Part shown: positions 15,424 through 21,685 of the stretch, piece after piece | How positions within the stretch are numbered: position 1 is the first letter of the stretch | Layout: the number at the start of each line of letters is the position of its first letter | Source of the DNA: a virus | Direction: 5' to 3' (one strand) | Virus record (IMG/VR): IMGVR_UViG_3300030735_000039 | DNA length: 44,238 nucleotides | Translations under genes and position numbers: made by a program | The notes under the pieces: model-generated | Told to the model about the DNA's origin: nothing | Seen by the model: the letters and a program-made list of their open reading frames with translations, nothing else | Databases searched by the model: none

Positions 15424-15864
15424 ATGCCCCCCATGGCTCCGAACGATTCCCAGCCACGCGAGAGCGTGAGCAGCCCTGAACGGCGCACGCAGTTTGCTGA
15501 CCTGATCCGGCGTCGACGGGCGGAGATGAACGTTGGCCTGAAAGCCTTCGCCGAGAAGGCGATTGATCCGGTTTCGGGAACCAGGGTGACGCGCGGGTGG
15601 GTGTACAGGCTGGAGCAGGGGGAGCCCGTTACGCCGCCCGTGTTCGAGGAGCTGCGCGCGCTGGCGACGGCCTGCGAGCTTCCCGTAGCGGTCCTTCAGG
15701 ATGCGGCTGGCAGTCAGTTCCATGGCGTCGATCCGCTGACGAGCGGTTCGAGTGAGGCCAAGGCCTATGTGCACAAGCTGGACAGCTTGCCGGCCGATCA
15801 GCGAGAGCGACTACTGCGACTCATCGACACGCTGGTTCCCCCTGGAGAGGGTGAAATCGAATAG
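15424..15864 (+). CDS. CI-like repressor (XRE-family HTH)
   Basis: AGGAG lies 7 nt upstream of ATG 15424. An HTH-like segment is present (LKAFAEKAIDPVSGTRVTRGWVYRLEQGE). The gene is co-oriented with the integrase and divergent from the Cro-like gene. Confidence 0.75.
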   Translation: MPPMAPNDSQPRESVSSPERRTQFADLIRRRRAEMNVGLKAFAEKAIDPVSGTRVTRGWVYRLEQGEPVTPPVFEELRALATACELPVAVLQDAAGSQFHGVDPLTSGSSEAKAYVHKLDSLPADQRERLLRLIDTLVPPGEGEIE

Positions 15865-16019
15865 ATCATTCATTCCCCATTGCATCACTCTGGGTAGCTA
15901 AGGCGAGCCGGGTGTAGCCATACGGGGCCCGTGGTGCGATCATTCGTGGACCCTCTGAGCCACAGAGGCGCAGGTCCACGCTAGAAATCGAACGCGCATG
16001 CGGGAGATGGGGGAGATGC

Positions 16020-16253
16020 ATGGAGTCACCGAAGCGCCCCGCCCAAAAGGTCTGGTTCCAGTTCGCCGATGAGATCCCCGACGATGAGGTGGTCGTAGCC
16101 GTCCAGACACCAGCCGGGATCGCGCTGCCGGTACGGCCTGGGGAGATGACACCCCTTCTCCTCCAGGCTTTGAACAGATCCTTCGATCACCTCGTCAGCG
16201 TCGGCCTGTTGCGGGTCGGCGATGATGGAGACGAACCTCCGCGAAGGGAGTAA
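16020..16253 (+). CDS. Hypothetical protein between repressor and integrase
   Basis: ATG follows the duplicated GGGAGATG. Codon bias is moderately coding. No family recognised. Confidence 0.45.
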   Translation: MESPKRPAQKVWFQFADEIPDDEVVVAVQTPAGIALPVRPGEMTPLLLQALNRSFDHLVSVGLLRVGDDGDEPPRRE

Positions 16254-16257
16254 CCCG

Positions 16258-17937
16258 ATGCCGTCAGCCCGCCGCGCAGGGAGTGTCTACAAACGCTGCG
16301 AGTGCCGCGGTACCGACGGCAAACTGCTGGGCAACAAGTGCCCGAAGCTCACAAAGAAGAACCACGGCGCCCCAGCACTCCGCCAGGAACTGCCGCCCAG
16401 CGCCGAGGGAACACGCCGGACTTTCCGGCGAACCGGATACGAGACTGTGACGAAGGCCCAGGGCGACCTGTCCCGCCTGCAAGCCATCCTCGCGCTCGCC
16501 GGTGACGACGCTGCCGAACAGCAGCGCGTCGGTGATCTCCTCGCCGACATCAACAAGAGGCGTGCGGACATCCCCGAGACCGCTGAGGTGCAGCGACGGC
16601 TCGGCGTCGGAGTCCCGCTCGACGGCAAGATGACGGTTGGCGACTGGCTCGACCACGTCATGGCCAACAAGGCCACGCGCACCACCACGAACCACGGTTA
16701 CAACAGCCACATCCGCGTCCACCTGAAGCCCGCACTCGGGCACCTGCGCCTGGACCGTCTCAGCGTCGGCCACTGCCAGGACATGTTCAACGCGATCGAC
16801 GACCGCAACGACCTCATCCGGGCCGAGAACGCCGCTCGCCACGAGCAGGTCGCCCGCTGCAAGCGCGGGAAGCCGGGCGCCCCGAAGGCGAAAGAGCGCG
16901 CGCAGCTGGCAGCCGAGCGGGCCAAGCTCGCCGAGATGCCGCCCTTCCGTCGCATTACCGGCCCGGCTACGAAGCAGGCGATCCGCCGCACCCTCCGCAT
17001 GGCCCTGAACAAGGCCATCGGCGCACAGCTCATCACCTTCAACGCCGCGAAGCACGTCGAGCTGACGTCCGCCGCCCGGCCCAAGGGACTGCTGTGGACG
17101 GCCGAGCGGGTGGCCCGCTGGGAAGAGACGGGAGAGAAGCCGGGCCCGGTCATGGTGTGGACGCCCGCCCAGCTCGGCGCGTTCCTCGACGCGGCCGAAG
17201 GCGACCGGCTGTACGCGTTCTTCCACCTGATCGCCCACCACGGCCTGCGCCGCGGCGAGGGCGTCGGCCAGGGATGGGGCGACTTCTCGCCGGAGCGCAA
17301 GGAGATCCGAGTGTCCGCCGAAATCGTGGTGGACGGCTGGACGCCGATCGAGACGGCCCCGAAGACCGACGGGTCCGTGGGCATCGTGAAGGTCGACGCG
17401 GAGACCGTGCGGGTCCTGCTGGCCCACCGCGAGCAGCAGCTGCGGGAGCGCGACGCGTGGAACGCACACGCCGCCGAGCAGCGCGCGGCCGGCGAGGACG
17501 TAGCCGACTGGACTGACACCGGGAAGATGTTCGCCGCCGAAGACGGGGCGTGGCTCCATCCGGACGTCGTGTCCAAGGCGTTCCGCAGGATCGCGGACGG
17601 CGCCGGCCTACCGCCCATCAACCTCCGGGACCTCAGGCACGGAGCGGCAGCCCTGGTGAAGGCAGGCGGCGGGGACATCCACGACGCCAAGGTGAAGCTG
17701 CGGCACGGAACCATTCAGCTCACCTCGGACACCTACATGGAGCTGTTCGAGGAGTACGAGGACGAGCTGACGGAGAAGGCCGCCGCCGCGGTTCCTCGCG
17801 CCCGCCGATCACGCGAAGAGCCCCCTGCTCCGGTCGCTGTACCGGAGCAGGGGGCCAGCACGTCGCAGCCAGCAGACGCGGTTGATGACGGGATCACCGT
17901 ACGGGCCAGCACTGACAACGACGAGCCCTCGGCGTAG
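16258..17937 (+). CDS. int: Tyrosine recombinase/phage integrase (560 aa)
   Basis: The catalytic signature is spread as HHGLRRGEG (Arg), LRDLRHGAAAL (H-x-x-R) and LRHGTIQLTSDTY (His...Tyr). The N-terminus SVYKRCECRG...KCPKL resembles an arm-binding domain. ATG 16258 is preceded by GGGAG. Confidence 0.92.
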   Translation: MPSARRAGSVYKRCECRGTDGKLLGNKCPKLTKKNHGAPALRQELPPSAEGTRRTFRRTGYETVTKAQGDLSRLQAILALAGDDAAEQQRVGDLLADINKRRADIPETAEVQRRLGVGVPLDGKMTVGDWLDHVMANKATRTTTNHGYNSHIRVHLKPALGHLRLDRLSVGHCQDMFNAIDDRNDLIRAENAARHEQVARCKRGKPGAPKAKERAQLAAERAKLAEMPPFRRITGPATKQAIRRTLRMALNKAIGAQLITFNAAKHVELTSAARPKGLLWTAERVARWEETGEKPGPVMVWTPAQLGAFLDAAEGDRLYAFFHLIAHHGLRRGEGVGQGWGDFSPERKEIRVSAEIVVDGWTPIETAPKTDGSVGIVKVDAETVRVLLAHREQQLRERDAWNAHAAEQRAAGEDVADWTDTGKMFAAEDGAWLHPDVVSKAFRRIADGAGLPPINLRDLRHGAAALVKAGGGDIHDAKVKLRHGTIQLTSDTYMELFEEYEDELTEKAAAAVPRARRSREEPPAPVAVPEQGASTSQPADAVDDGITVRASTDNDEPSA

Positions 17938-17953
17938 AATCGAGGGACGGACA

Positions 17954-17985
17954 AAGGGCCTCTGACCTGCGGGTCAGGGGCCCTT
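17954..17985 (+). terminator. 14-bp stem-loop after int
   Basis: AAGGGCCTCTGACC-TGCG-GGTCAGGGGCCCTT read directly, 17 nt after the int stop. Confidence 0.6.
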
Positions 17986-18157
17986 CCTGCTGGCCCGGTG
18001 CTGGCCCGAAGGCCACGCAAGAGCGCGATACGAGACGGCACGAGACACGGTGAAGACTCGAGAATTTTGGAGCCGGAACCTAGTCTGACCTGGGGTCGAC
18101 ATCGACGGACGCGCCGACGTGATACGAGCCGGTACGAGCCGCCTTGGGCAGTCCGCA

Positions 18158-18203
18158 GACTTTTAATCCATTGGTTGTGGGTTCGAGTCCCACAGGGCCT
18201 ACC
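18158..18203 (+). other. 3' portion of a tRNA-Lys(UUU) (anticodon loop to discriminator), the presumed attP core
   Basis: The segments read CTTTTAA loop, TCCAT, TGGTT, T-arm GTGGG-TTCGAGT-CCCAC, and acceptor AGGGCCT-A. The spacing is canonical, but no matching 5' half (D-arm or acceptor 5' strand) is present upstream. Confidence 0.7.
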
Positions 18204-18207
18204 GAAT

Positions 18208-18242
18208 CGCCCCCAGCTCAGAGGCACTTAGAGCTGGGGGCG
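18208..18242 (+). terminator. 12-bp stem-loop followed by GTTTT
   Basis: CGCCCCCAGCTC-11 nt-GAGCTGGGGGCG read directly, immediately 3' of the tRNA-like core. Confidence 0.5.
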
Positions 18243-18335
18243 AGGTCGTTTTCGTACCGTCTCGTGTCGTCCTGCTGGCCCGCTGCTGGCCCGAAATCCT
18301 GGGTGCATGGTGCGGCCTGGTGAGTGTAAGAAGCG

Positions 18336-18365
18336 CGGGCGGTCACCCCGAAAGGTGACCGCCCG
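18336..18365. terminator. 12-bp perfect GC-rich stem-loop in the P' arm
   Basis: CGGGCGGTCACC-CCGAAA-GGTGACCGCCCG read directly. There is no adjacent gene end, so its function is unclear. Confidence 0.35.
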
Positions 18366-18549
18366 GCCCCGCCTCCGGCGCCCTGTCCGAGGCCTCTCGG
18401 CCCCAACGCCATCGGCGGGTTCATCCCGCTGCCGGAACGCGCGGCTATCCGGCGGCGGGCGTCTTCAGCGTCTGCCCGCTCTCTACAAGATCACACAATG
18501 CATCAGAAGTGATGCTGACAGGTGATCGTCTGCGTCGCAGCTTGGACGG

Positions 18550-18777
18550 GTGCCCGACGACCTGCCTGAACTGATCCGTGCCTGCCAGCAGCAGGGCGAC
18601 CGCATCCGCCAGGCACGGGAGTACGCCAACCTGTCCCAGGAGACTCTCGCCGAGCGGGCGGACCTGGGGCGGTCGACCATCCAGCGCATCGAGTCGGGGT
18701 TCACCGGCATCAAGTTCACGCACCTGTACCTCATCGCTCGCGCACTGGACGTCCAGGTCGCGGATCTCGTTCGGTGA
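18550..18777 (+). CDS. Small XRE-family HTH regulator (75 aa)
   Basis: IRQAREYANLSQETLAERADLGRSTIQRIESG is a canonical HTH_3 motif. The start is GTG. Confidence 0.75.
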   Translation: MPDDLPELIRACQQQGDRIRQAREYANLSQETLAERADLGRSTIQRIESGFTGIKFTHLYLIARALDVQVADLVR

Positions 18778-18843
18778 GCCCGCCGCCTCGGGGGTCGCAG
18801 CGGCGGGCTCACCCAGGCCGCCCCTTTGCGGCACGGGGCGGCC
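18776..18843. terminator. Two tandem hairpins between convergent genes (18776..18810 and 18816..18843)
   Basis: GAGCCCGCCGC/GCGGCGGGCTC (11 bp, includes the XRE stop codon) and GGCCGCCCC/GGGGCGGCC (9 bp). Confidence 0.55.
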
Positions 18844-18881
18844 ACCTCGGGCGCCGGAGGTACCGGCCGGCGCCGAGGGGC

Positions 18882-19046
18882 TCAGCGGCGTATCGGCGTG
18901 GGCCAGGTCTGCCGCGGTGTCCTCTTGCAGGGCTTTGTATGGAGATACACGGTGGGGGCCGCCGTGGAGCCCGAGTCGGGGATGACCGTGTCGTATCCCT
19001 GTCCGGGGCTGATCGGCTGGTGGCAGCGTCCGCAGGTCTTGCTCAC
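18882..19046 (-). CDS. Tiny Cys/His protein 3 of the operon (54 aa); not in supplied ORF track
   Basis: Manual translation gives VSKTCGRCHQPISPGQGYDTVIPDSGSTAAPTVYLHTKPCKRTPRQTWPTPIRR. GTG 19046 overlaps the upstream stop (GTGA). The stop TGA at 18882..18884 was verified. Confidence 0.55.
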   Translation of the reverse strand: MSKTCGRCHQPISPGQGYDTVIPDSGSTAAPTVYLHTKPCKRTPRQTWPTPIRR

Positions 19047-19240
19047 GGCTTCCTCACCTTCCGGGGGCGCGTGGAGTGACAGGAACAGGGGCAGCGGTGC
19101 ACGAGCACCACCCCCTTCGAGTGGGGCAGTGGAATGTCCTCAGTCCGACGGCACTTGCCGTGCAGCTGCTCGTACTCGGGTCGCCGGGCAACCGCGCACT
19201 CGGGCGACAGGCTGTCGACGTCGGGGGAAGGCTCGCTCAT
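19043..19240 (-). CDS. Tiny Cys/His protein 2 of the operon (65 aa)
   Basis: The product is MSEPSPDVDSLSPECAVARRPEYEQLHGKCRRTEDIPLPHSKGVVLVHRCPCSCHSTRPRKVRKP. ATGA overlap with the upstream gene. Confidence 0.55.
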   Translation of the reverse strand: MSEPSPDVDSLSPECAVARRPEYEQLHGKCRRTEDIPLPHSKGVVLVHRCPCSCHSTRPRKVRKP

Positions 19241-19401
19241 GGCTGGTCTCCGAGTGGCGTGAGGTTGTGCTTCAGGCGGCACTTGGCGCAGGCGAACAGA
19301 CGTCCCGGGCCGCCGACCTGGACGAGCCGTGCGGTGTCGCTCAGCCCGTTGTGCCAGCTGCACCAGGCGATCAGGCGCGGGGGCTCTTCCTGCTCGGTCA
19401 T
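19237..19401 (-). CDS. Tiny Cys/His protein 1 of the operon (54 aa)
   Basis: The product is MTEQEEPPRLIAWCSWHNGLSDTARLVQVGGPGRLFACAKCRLKHNLTPLGDQP. ATGA overlap with the upstream gene. Confidence 0.55.
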   Translation of the reverse strand: MTEQEEPPRLIAWCSWHNGLSDTARLVQVGGPGRLFACAKCRLKHNLTPLGDQP

Positions 19402-19736
19402 CGCCGCTCCCCTAACTGCGCCCACAGTCCGCACTCGTCGGTCGTCAGACCGGACTGGTGTGTCAGACCGGAGACGATCAGCCAGCCGGGACCGTGGCTG
19501 TAGAGCAGGGGGATCTGGTCGGGCCCGCGCGCCGTGATGCGGATCCGGTGCCCTGCCGTCGACAGGGTCATCTCGACGACGTCGGCCCCCGAGCCGAGCA
19601 CCGATACGAAGAGTTCGTTCGCGATCAGCGGGGCGTCGGGATGTTTGACGCGGCCAGCCGTCCACAGGCGGACGTGGGTCGCTTCAACGGGTACGCCCTT
19701 GAATGCCTTTTGCCACGTATGGCCGGACTCGGGCAT
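19398..19736 (-). CDS. Small anti-sigma-factor/HATPase_c-like protein (112 aa), apparently degenerate in ATP-binding motifs
   Basis: ...EATHVRLWTAGRVKHPDAPLIANELFVSVLGSGADVVEMTLSTAGHRIRITARGPDQ...GPGWLIVSGLTHQSGLTTDECGLWAQL follows the layout of the small Streptomyces 'ATP-binding protein' (RsbW-like) family. ATG 19736 is preceded by GGGGG. Confidence 0.65.
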   Translation of the reverse strand: MPESGHTWQKAFKGVPVEATHVRLWTAGRVKHPDAPLIANELFVSVLGSGADVVEMTLSTAGHRIRITARGPDQIPLLYSHGPGWLIVSGLTHQSGLTTDECGLWAQLGERR

Positions 19737-19760
19737 AGCTGACCCCCGGAATCGGTGCCT

Positions 19761-19851
19761 ATCTGAGTACAGGTAGTGCTTATCTGTACTCAGATTGTCG
19801 CCGAGATTGGCGCGGGTCAAGCGGGACGGGAGAGTATGTGTACTCAGATTG
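19761..19851. promoter_or_regulatory. Three copies of an operator-like motif (CTGTACTCAGAT) in the divergent promoter region
   Basis: ATCTGAGTACAG at 19761..19772 and CTGTACTCAGAT at 19784..19795 form a perfect 12-bp inverted repeat with an 11-bp spacer. A 17-bp direct repeat TAT(C/G)TGTACTCAGATTG lies at 19781..19797 and 19835..19851. Confidence 0.65.
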
Positions 19852-20636
19852 ACTCGATCATTCGAAGTGGGGGTGTCTCGGTGGCACAGCCTGAGTACCT
19901 GCGAATCGCCGCCGACCTGCGGCGACGCGTCTCCTCCGGCGAGTACGGGCCCGGCGACCAGATCCCCACGCTCCCCGCCCTCTGCCGGGAGTACGGCGTA
20001 TCCGACACCACCATCCGCAGCGCGCTTCGCCTTCTCGCCAACGAGGGACTCATCGAGACCCGGGCCCGCGCCGGCACCCGCGTGCGCCCCCGGCCACCCG
20101 TCCACCGCATGGCCGCCGACCGCTACCGGTCCAAGCCCGGCGCCAAGTCGACGCCCTTCACCCGCGACCAGGGCATCGGCTGGTCCGAGTACCGGCTCGA
20201 CAAGCGGTTCGAGAAGGTGCAGGCGGACGCGGAGTTGGCGGCGCTCTTCGAGTGCGAGGTGGGGGAGCGGCTCCTCGCCCGGCACTTCGTGTTCTACGAC
20301 AACGACCAGCCCACCCAGATGAGCACGTCCTACGTGCGGTGGTCCGACGTCGAAGGGACGCCAGTCGCCGACCCCATCAGCGAGCCGTGGCCGGGCGGCA
20401 CCCGGGCGCAGATGGCGAGCCTCGGTATCCGTGTCACCAGGATTACGGAGTCGTTCACCGCAGGCATGCCGACCGAGCTGGAGGCGGCGACGCTACGGAT
20501 CGGCGCCGGCGTGCCGGTGCTGCGGTACACCCGGCGGCACATCGCTGACACGGGCCGCATTGTCGAGGTGGCTCACCCGATCGTGCGCCGCGGCGACACC
20601 ACCGTGGTGGACTTCGCCATCGACCTCGACGACTGA
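19836..20636 (+). CDS. GntR-family transcriptional regulator, HutC subfamily (wHTH + UTRA effector domain)
   Basis: The N-terminus EYLRIAADLRRRVSSGEYGPGDQIPTLPALCREYGVSDTTIRSALRLLANEGLIETRARAGTRV is canonical for GntR. The C-terminal roughly 170 aa look UTRA-like. The start is ambiguous: ATG 19836 (GGGAGAG upstream) or GTG 19881 (GGGGG upstream). The track start 19776 is unlikely. Confidence 0.9.
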   Translation: MCTQIDSIIRSGGVSVAQPEYLRIAADLRRRVSSGEYGPGDQIPTLPALCREYGVSDTTIRSALRLLANEGLIETRARAGTRVRPRPPVHRMAADRYRSKPGAKSTPFTRDQGIGWSEYRLDKRFEKVQADAELAALFECEVGERLLARHFVFYDNDQPTQMSTSYVRWSDVEGTPVADPISEPWPGGTRAQMASLGIRVTRITESFTAGMPTELEAATLRIGAGVPVLRYTRRHIADTGRIVEVAHPIVRRGDTTVVDFAIDLDD

Positions 20637-20654
20637 GCCCCGAGCATGACGAAA

Positions 20655-20691
20655 CGCCCCCTGCACGGCCGCATGGGCCGCGCAGGGGGCG
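20655..20691. terminator. Bidirectional compound hairpin between the convergent GntR gene and lysis cassette
   Basis: The outer stem is CGCCCCCTGC/GCAGGGGGCG (10 bp) and the inner stem is CGGCC/GGCCG. Confidence 0.6.
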
Positions 20692-20697
20692 CTGTCG

Positions 20698-21057
20698 TCA
20701 GACTCCAGTCCGGTTGTACTCGTCCACCCGGTCGGGCGGCGCGGGAGGCTCGATGCGGTTCGCGCGCATCTGCGTTGTCAGCTCGCCGACGTACGAGGCG
20801 AACGCCCGTACCAGCGAGCGCAAAGACTTCACCTCGTCGCGGGTATCCCGCAGATCCTCCCTCAGTTCCTTCTTGATGGCCTCGAACGCGGCCCGGTCCT
20901 CGGCCCGCTGGTTCGGCTCGGCCTGCGCGGTCGCCGCCGCCAGGTTCGCCTCCGCCGTTGCCGCCGCTGCCTGCCGCGTGGCCCGCGCGGCAAACAGGCC
21001 GGCCACCACCATGCCGACTGTCCCGAATGCTGCGACCAATCCCGCCCACACCGTCAC
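20698..21057 (-). CDS. N-terminally membrane-anchored coiled-coil protein, last gene of the lysis cassette
   Basis: GTG 21057 overlaps the upstream stop (GTGA). The TM segment VWAGLVAAFGTVGMVVAGLF is followed by an Ala/Glu/Arg-rich helical region. Confidence 0.6.
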   Translation of the reverse strand: MTVWAGLVAAFGTVGMVVAGLFAARATRQAAAATAEANLAAATAQAEPNQRAEDRAAFEAIKKELREDLRDTRDEVKSLRSLVRAFASYVGELTTQMRANRIEPPAPPDRVDEYNRTGV

Positions 21058-21497
21058 GGCGCCTCGCCTTTCCGGGCGGCTCTCGGCGCGTGGGGGACCG
21101 AATGCTCGGGCACCGTGGCCGCCCACAGAATCACCCCGACGTGCGAGGTCAGGTACCAGATCGCGACGTAGGCGCCGCGAGAGAACTGGCCGCTCACGAC
21201 GGCGGCCGTGTAGGCGATCGCCCACACCGTGGGGGGAATTAGGGCGACGACGAAGCCGAGACGGTCGCGGCCGATGCGGAGGAACGCTGACGAGCCTGTG
21301 ATCAGTCCGGCCGTGATCCACAGCCAGGCCCAGTGCCGGATGTCGCACAGGCTCGTCAGCAGCTGCAAGCCCTGGGTGGGCGGCGGGTCGACGAGCATGC
21401 CGATTCCCCAGCAGGCTTTCCCCACGCCGAGGATCAGCAGGAAGGCGCCGCGGCGGCCCAGCAGTTCACGCAGCCGCCGGGCCGCGCGGCACGACAT
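21054..21497 (-). CDS. Four-helix membrane protein in the lysis cassette (possible second holin or holin accessory)
   Basis: The ATG overlaps the holin stop (TGATG). There are four hydrophobic segments. Confidence 0.65.
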   Translation of the reverse strand: MSCRAARRLRELLGRRGAFLLILGVGKACWGIGMLVDPPPTQGLQLLTSLCDIRHWAWLWITAGLITGSSAFLRIGRDRLGFVVALIPPTVWAIAYTAAVVSGQFSRGAYVAIWYLTSHVGVILWAATVPEHSVPHAPRAARKGEAP

Positions 21498-21682
21498 CAG
21501 GCGTCCGGGGCGGTGGGCTTGTTGGGCACCGCGTAGGTGATACCCCACGCGCCGAGGACGGCGAGCACGATGGTGACGCCCTCGCCGGTGGTGACCACGT
21601 TGTCCTGCACGGCCGTGACCGCGGCTGCGGATCCGGCCGCGAGACCGGCGATGAGGGACTTGGCGATGCTGGCGATTCTCAT
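21497..21682 (-). CDS. Putative holin (61 aa, two hydrophobic helices)
   Basis: Hydrophobic segments SLIAGLAAGSAAAVTAV and VTIVLAVLGAWGITYAV. It lies immediately downstream of the endolysin. Confidence 0.65.
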   Translation of the reverse strand: MRIASIAKSLIAGLAAGSAAAVTAVQDNVVTTGEGVTIVLAVLGAWGITYAVPNKPTAPDA

Positions 21683-21685
21683 GGG

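Larger units (their letters stand above)
17986..18295 (+). other. attP region: core flanked by arm-type repeat sets
   Basis: A 25-bp direct repeat CCTGCTGGCCCG(G/C)TGCTGGCCCGAA lies at 17986..18010 and 18271..18295. The (T/C)ACGAG(A/C)CGG(C/T)ACGAG motif lies at 18028..18050 and 18122..18143, and inverted at 18252..18270. These surround the tRNA-like core. Confidence 0.7.

Noticed and set aside
18090-18203. Complete tRNA gene
   Set aside because: Only the anticodon loop, variable region, T-arm and 3' acceptor strand are present. The would-be anticodon-stem 5' strand (GCAGA versus TCCAT) does not pair, and there is no D-arm or 5' acceptor strand. I interpret it as the attP core.
18307-18525. 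72-aa plus-strand ORF in the P' arm
   Set aside because: The product is Arg-rich, there is no RBS, and the ORF runs through a perfect 12-bp hairpin. It is probably non-coding.
18445-18845. Minus-strand ORFs of 129 aa (18445..18834) and 120 aa (18483..18845) opposite the XRE gene
   Set aside because: They are antisense to a canonical HTH_3 ORF and span the terminator hairpins. No motifs were seen.
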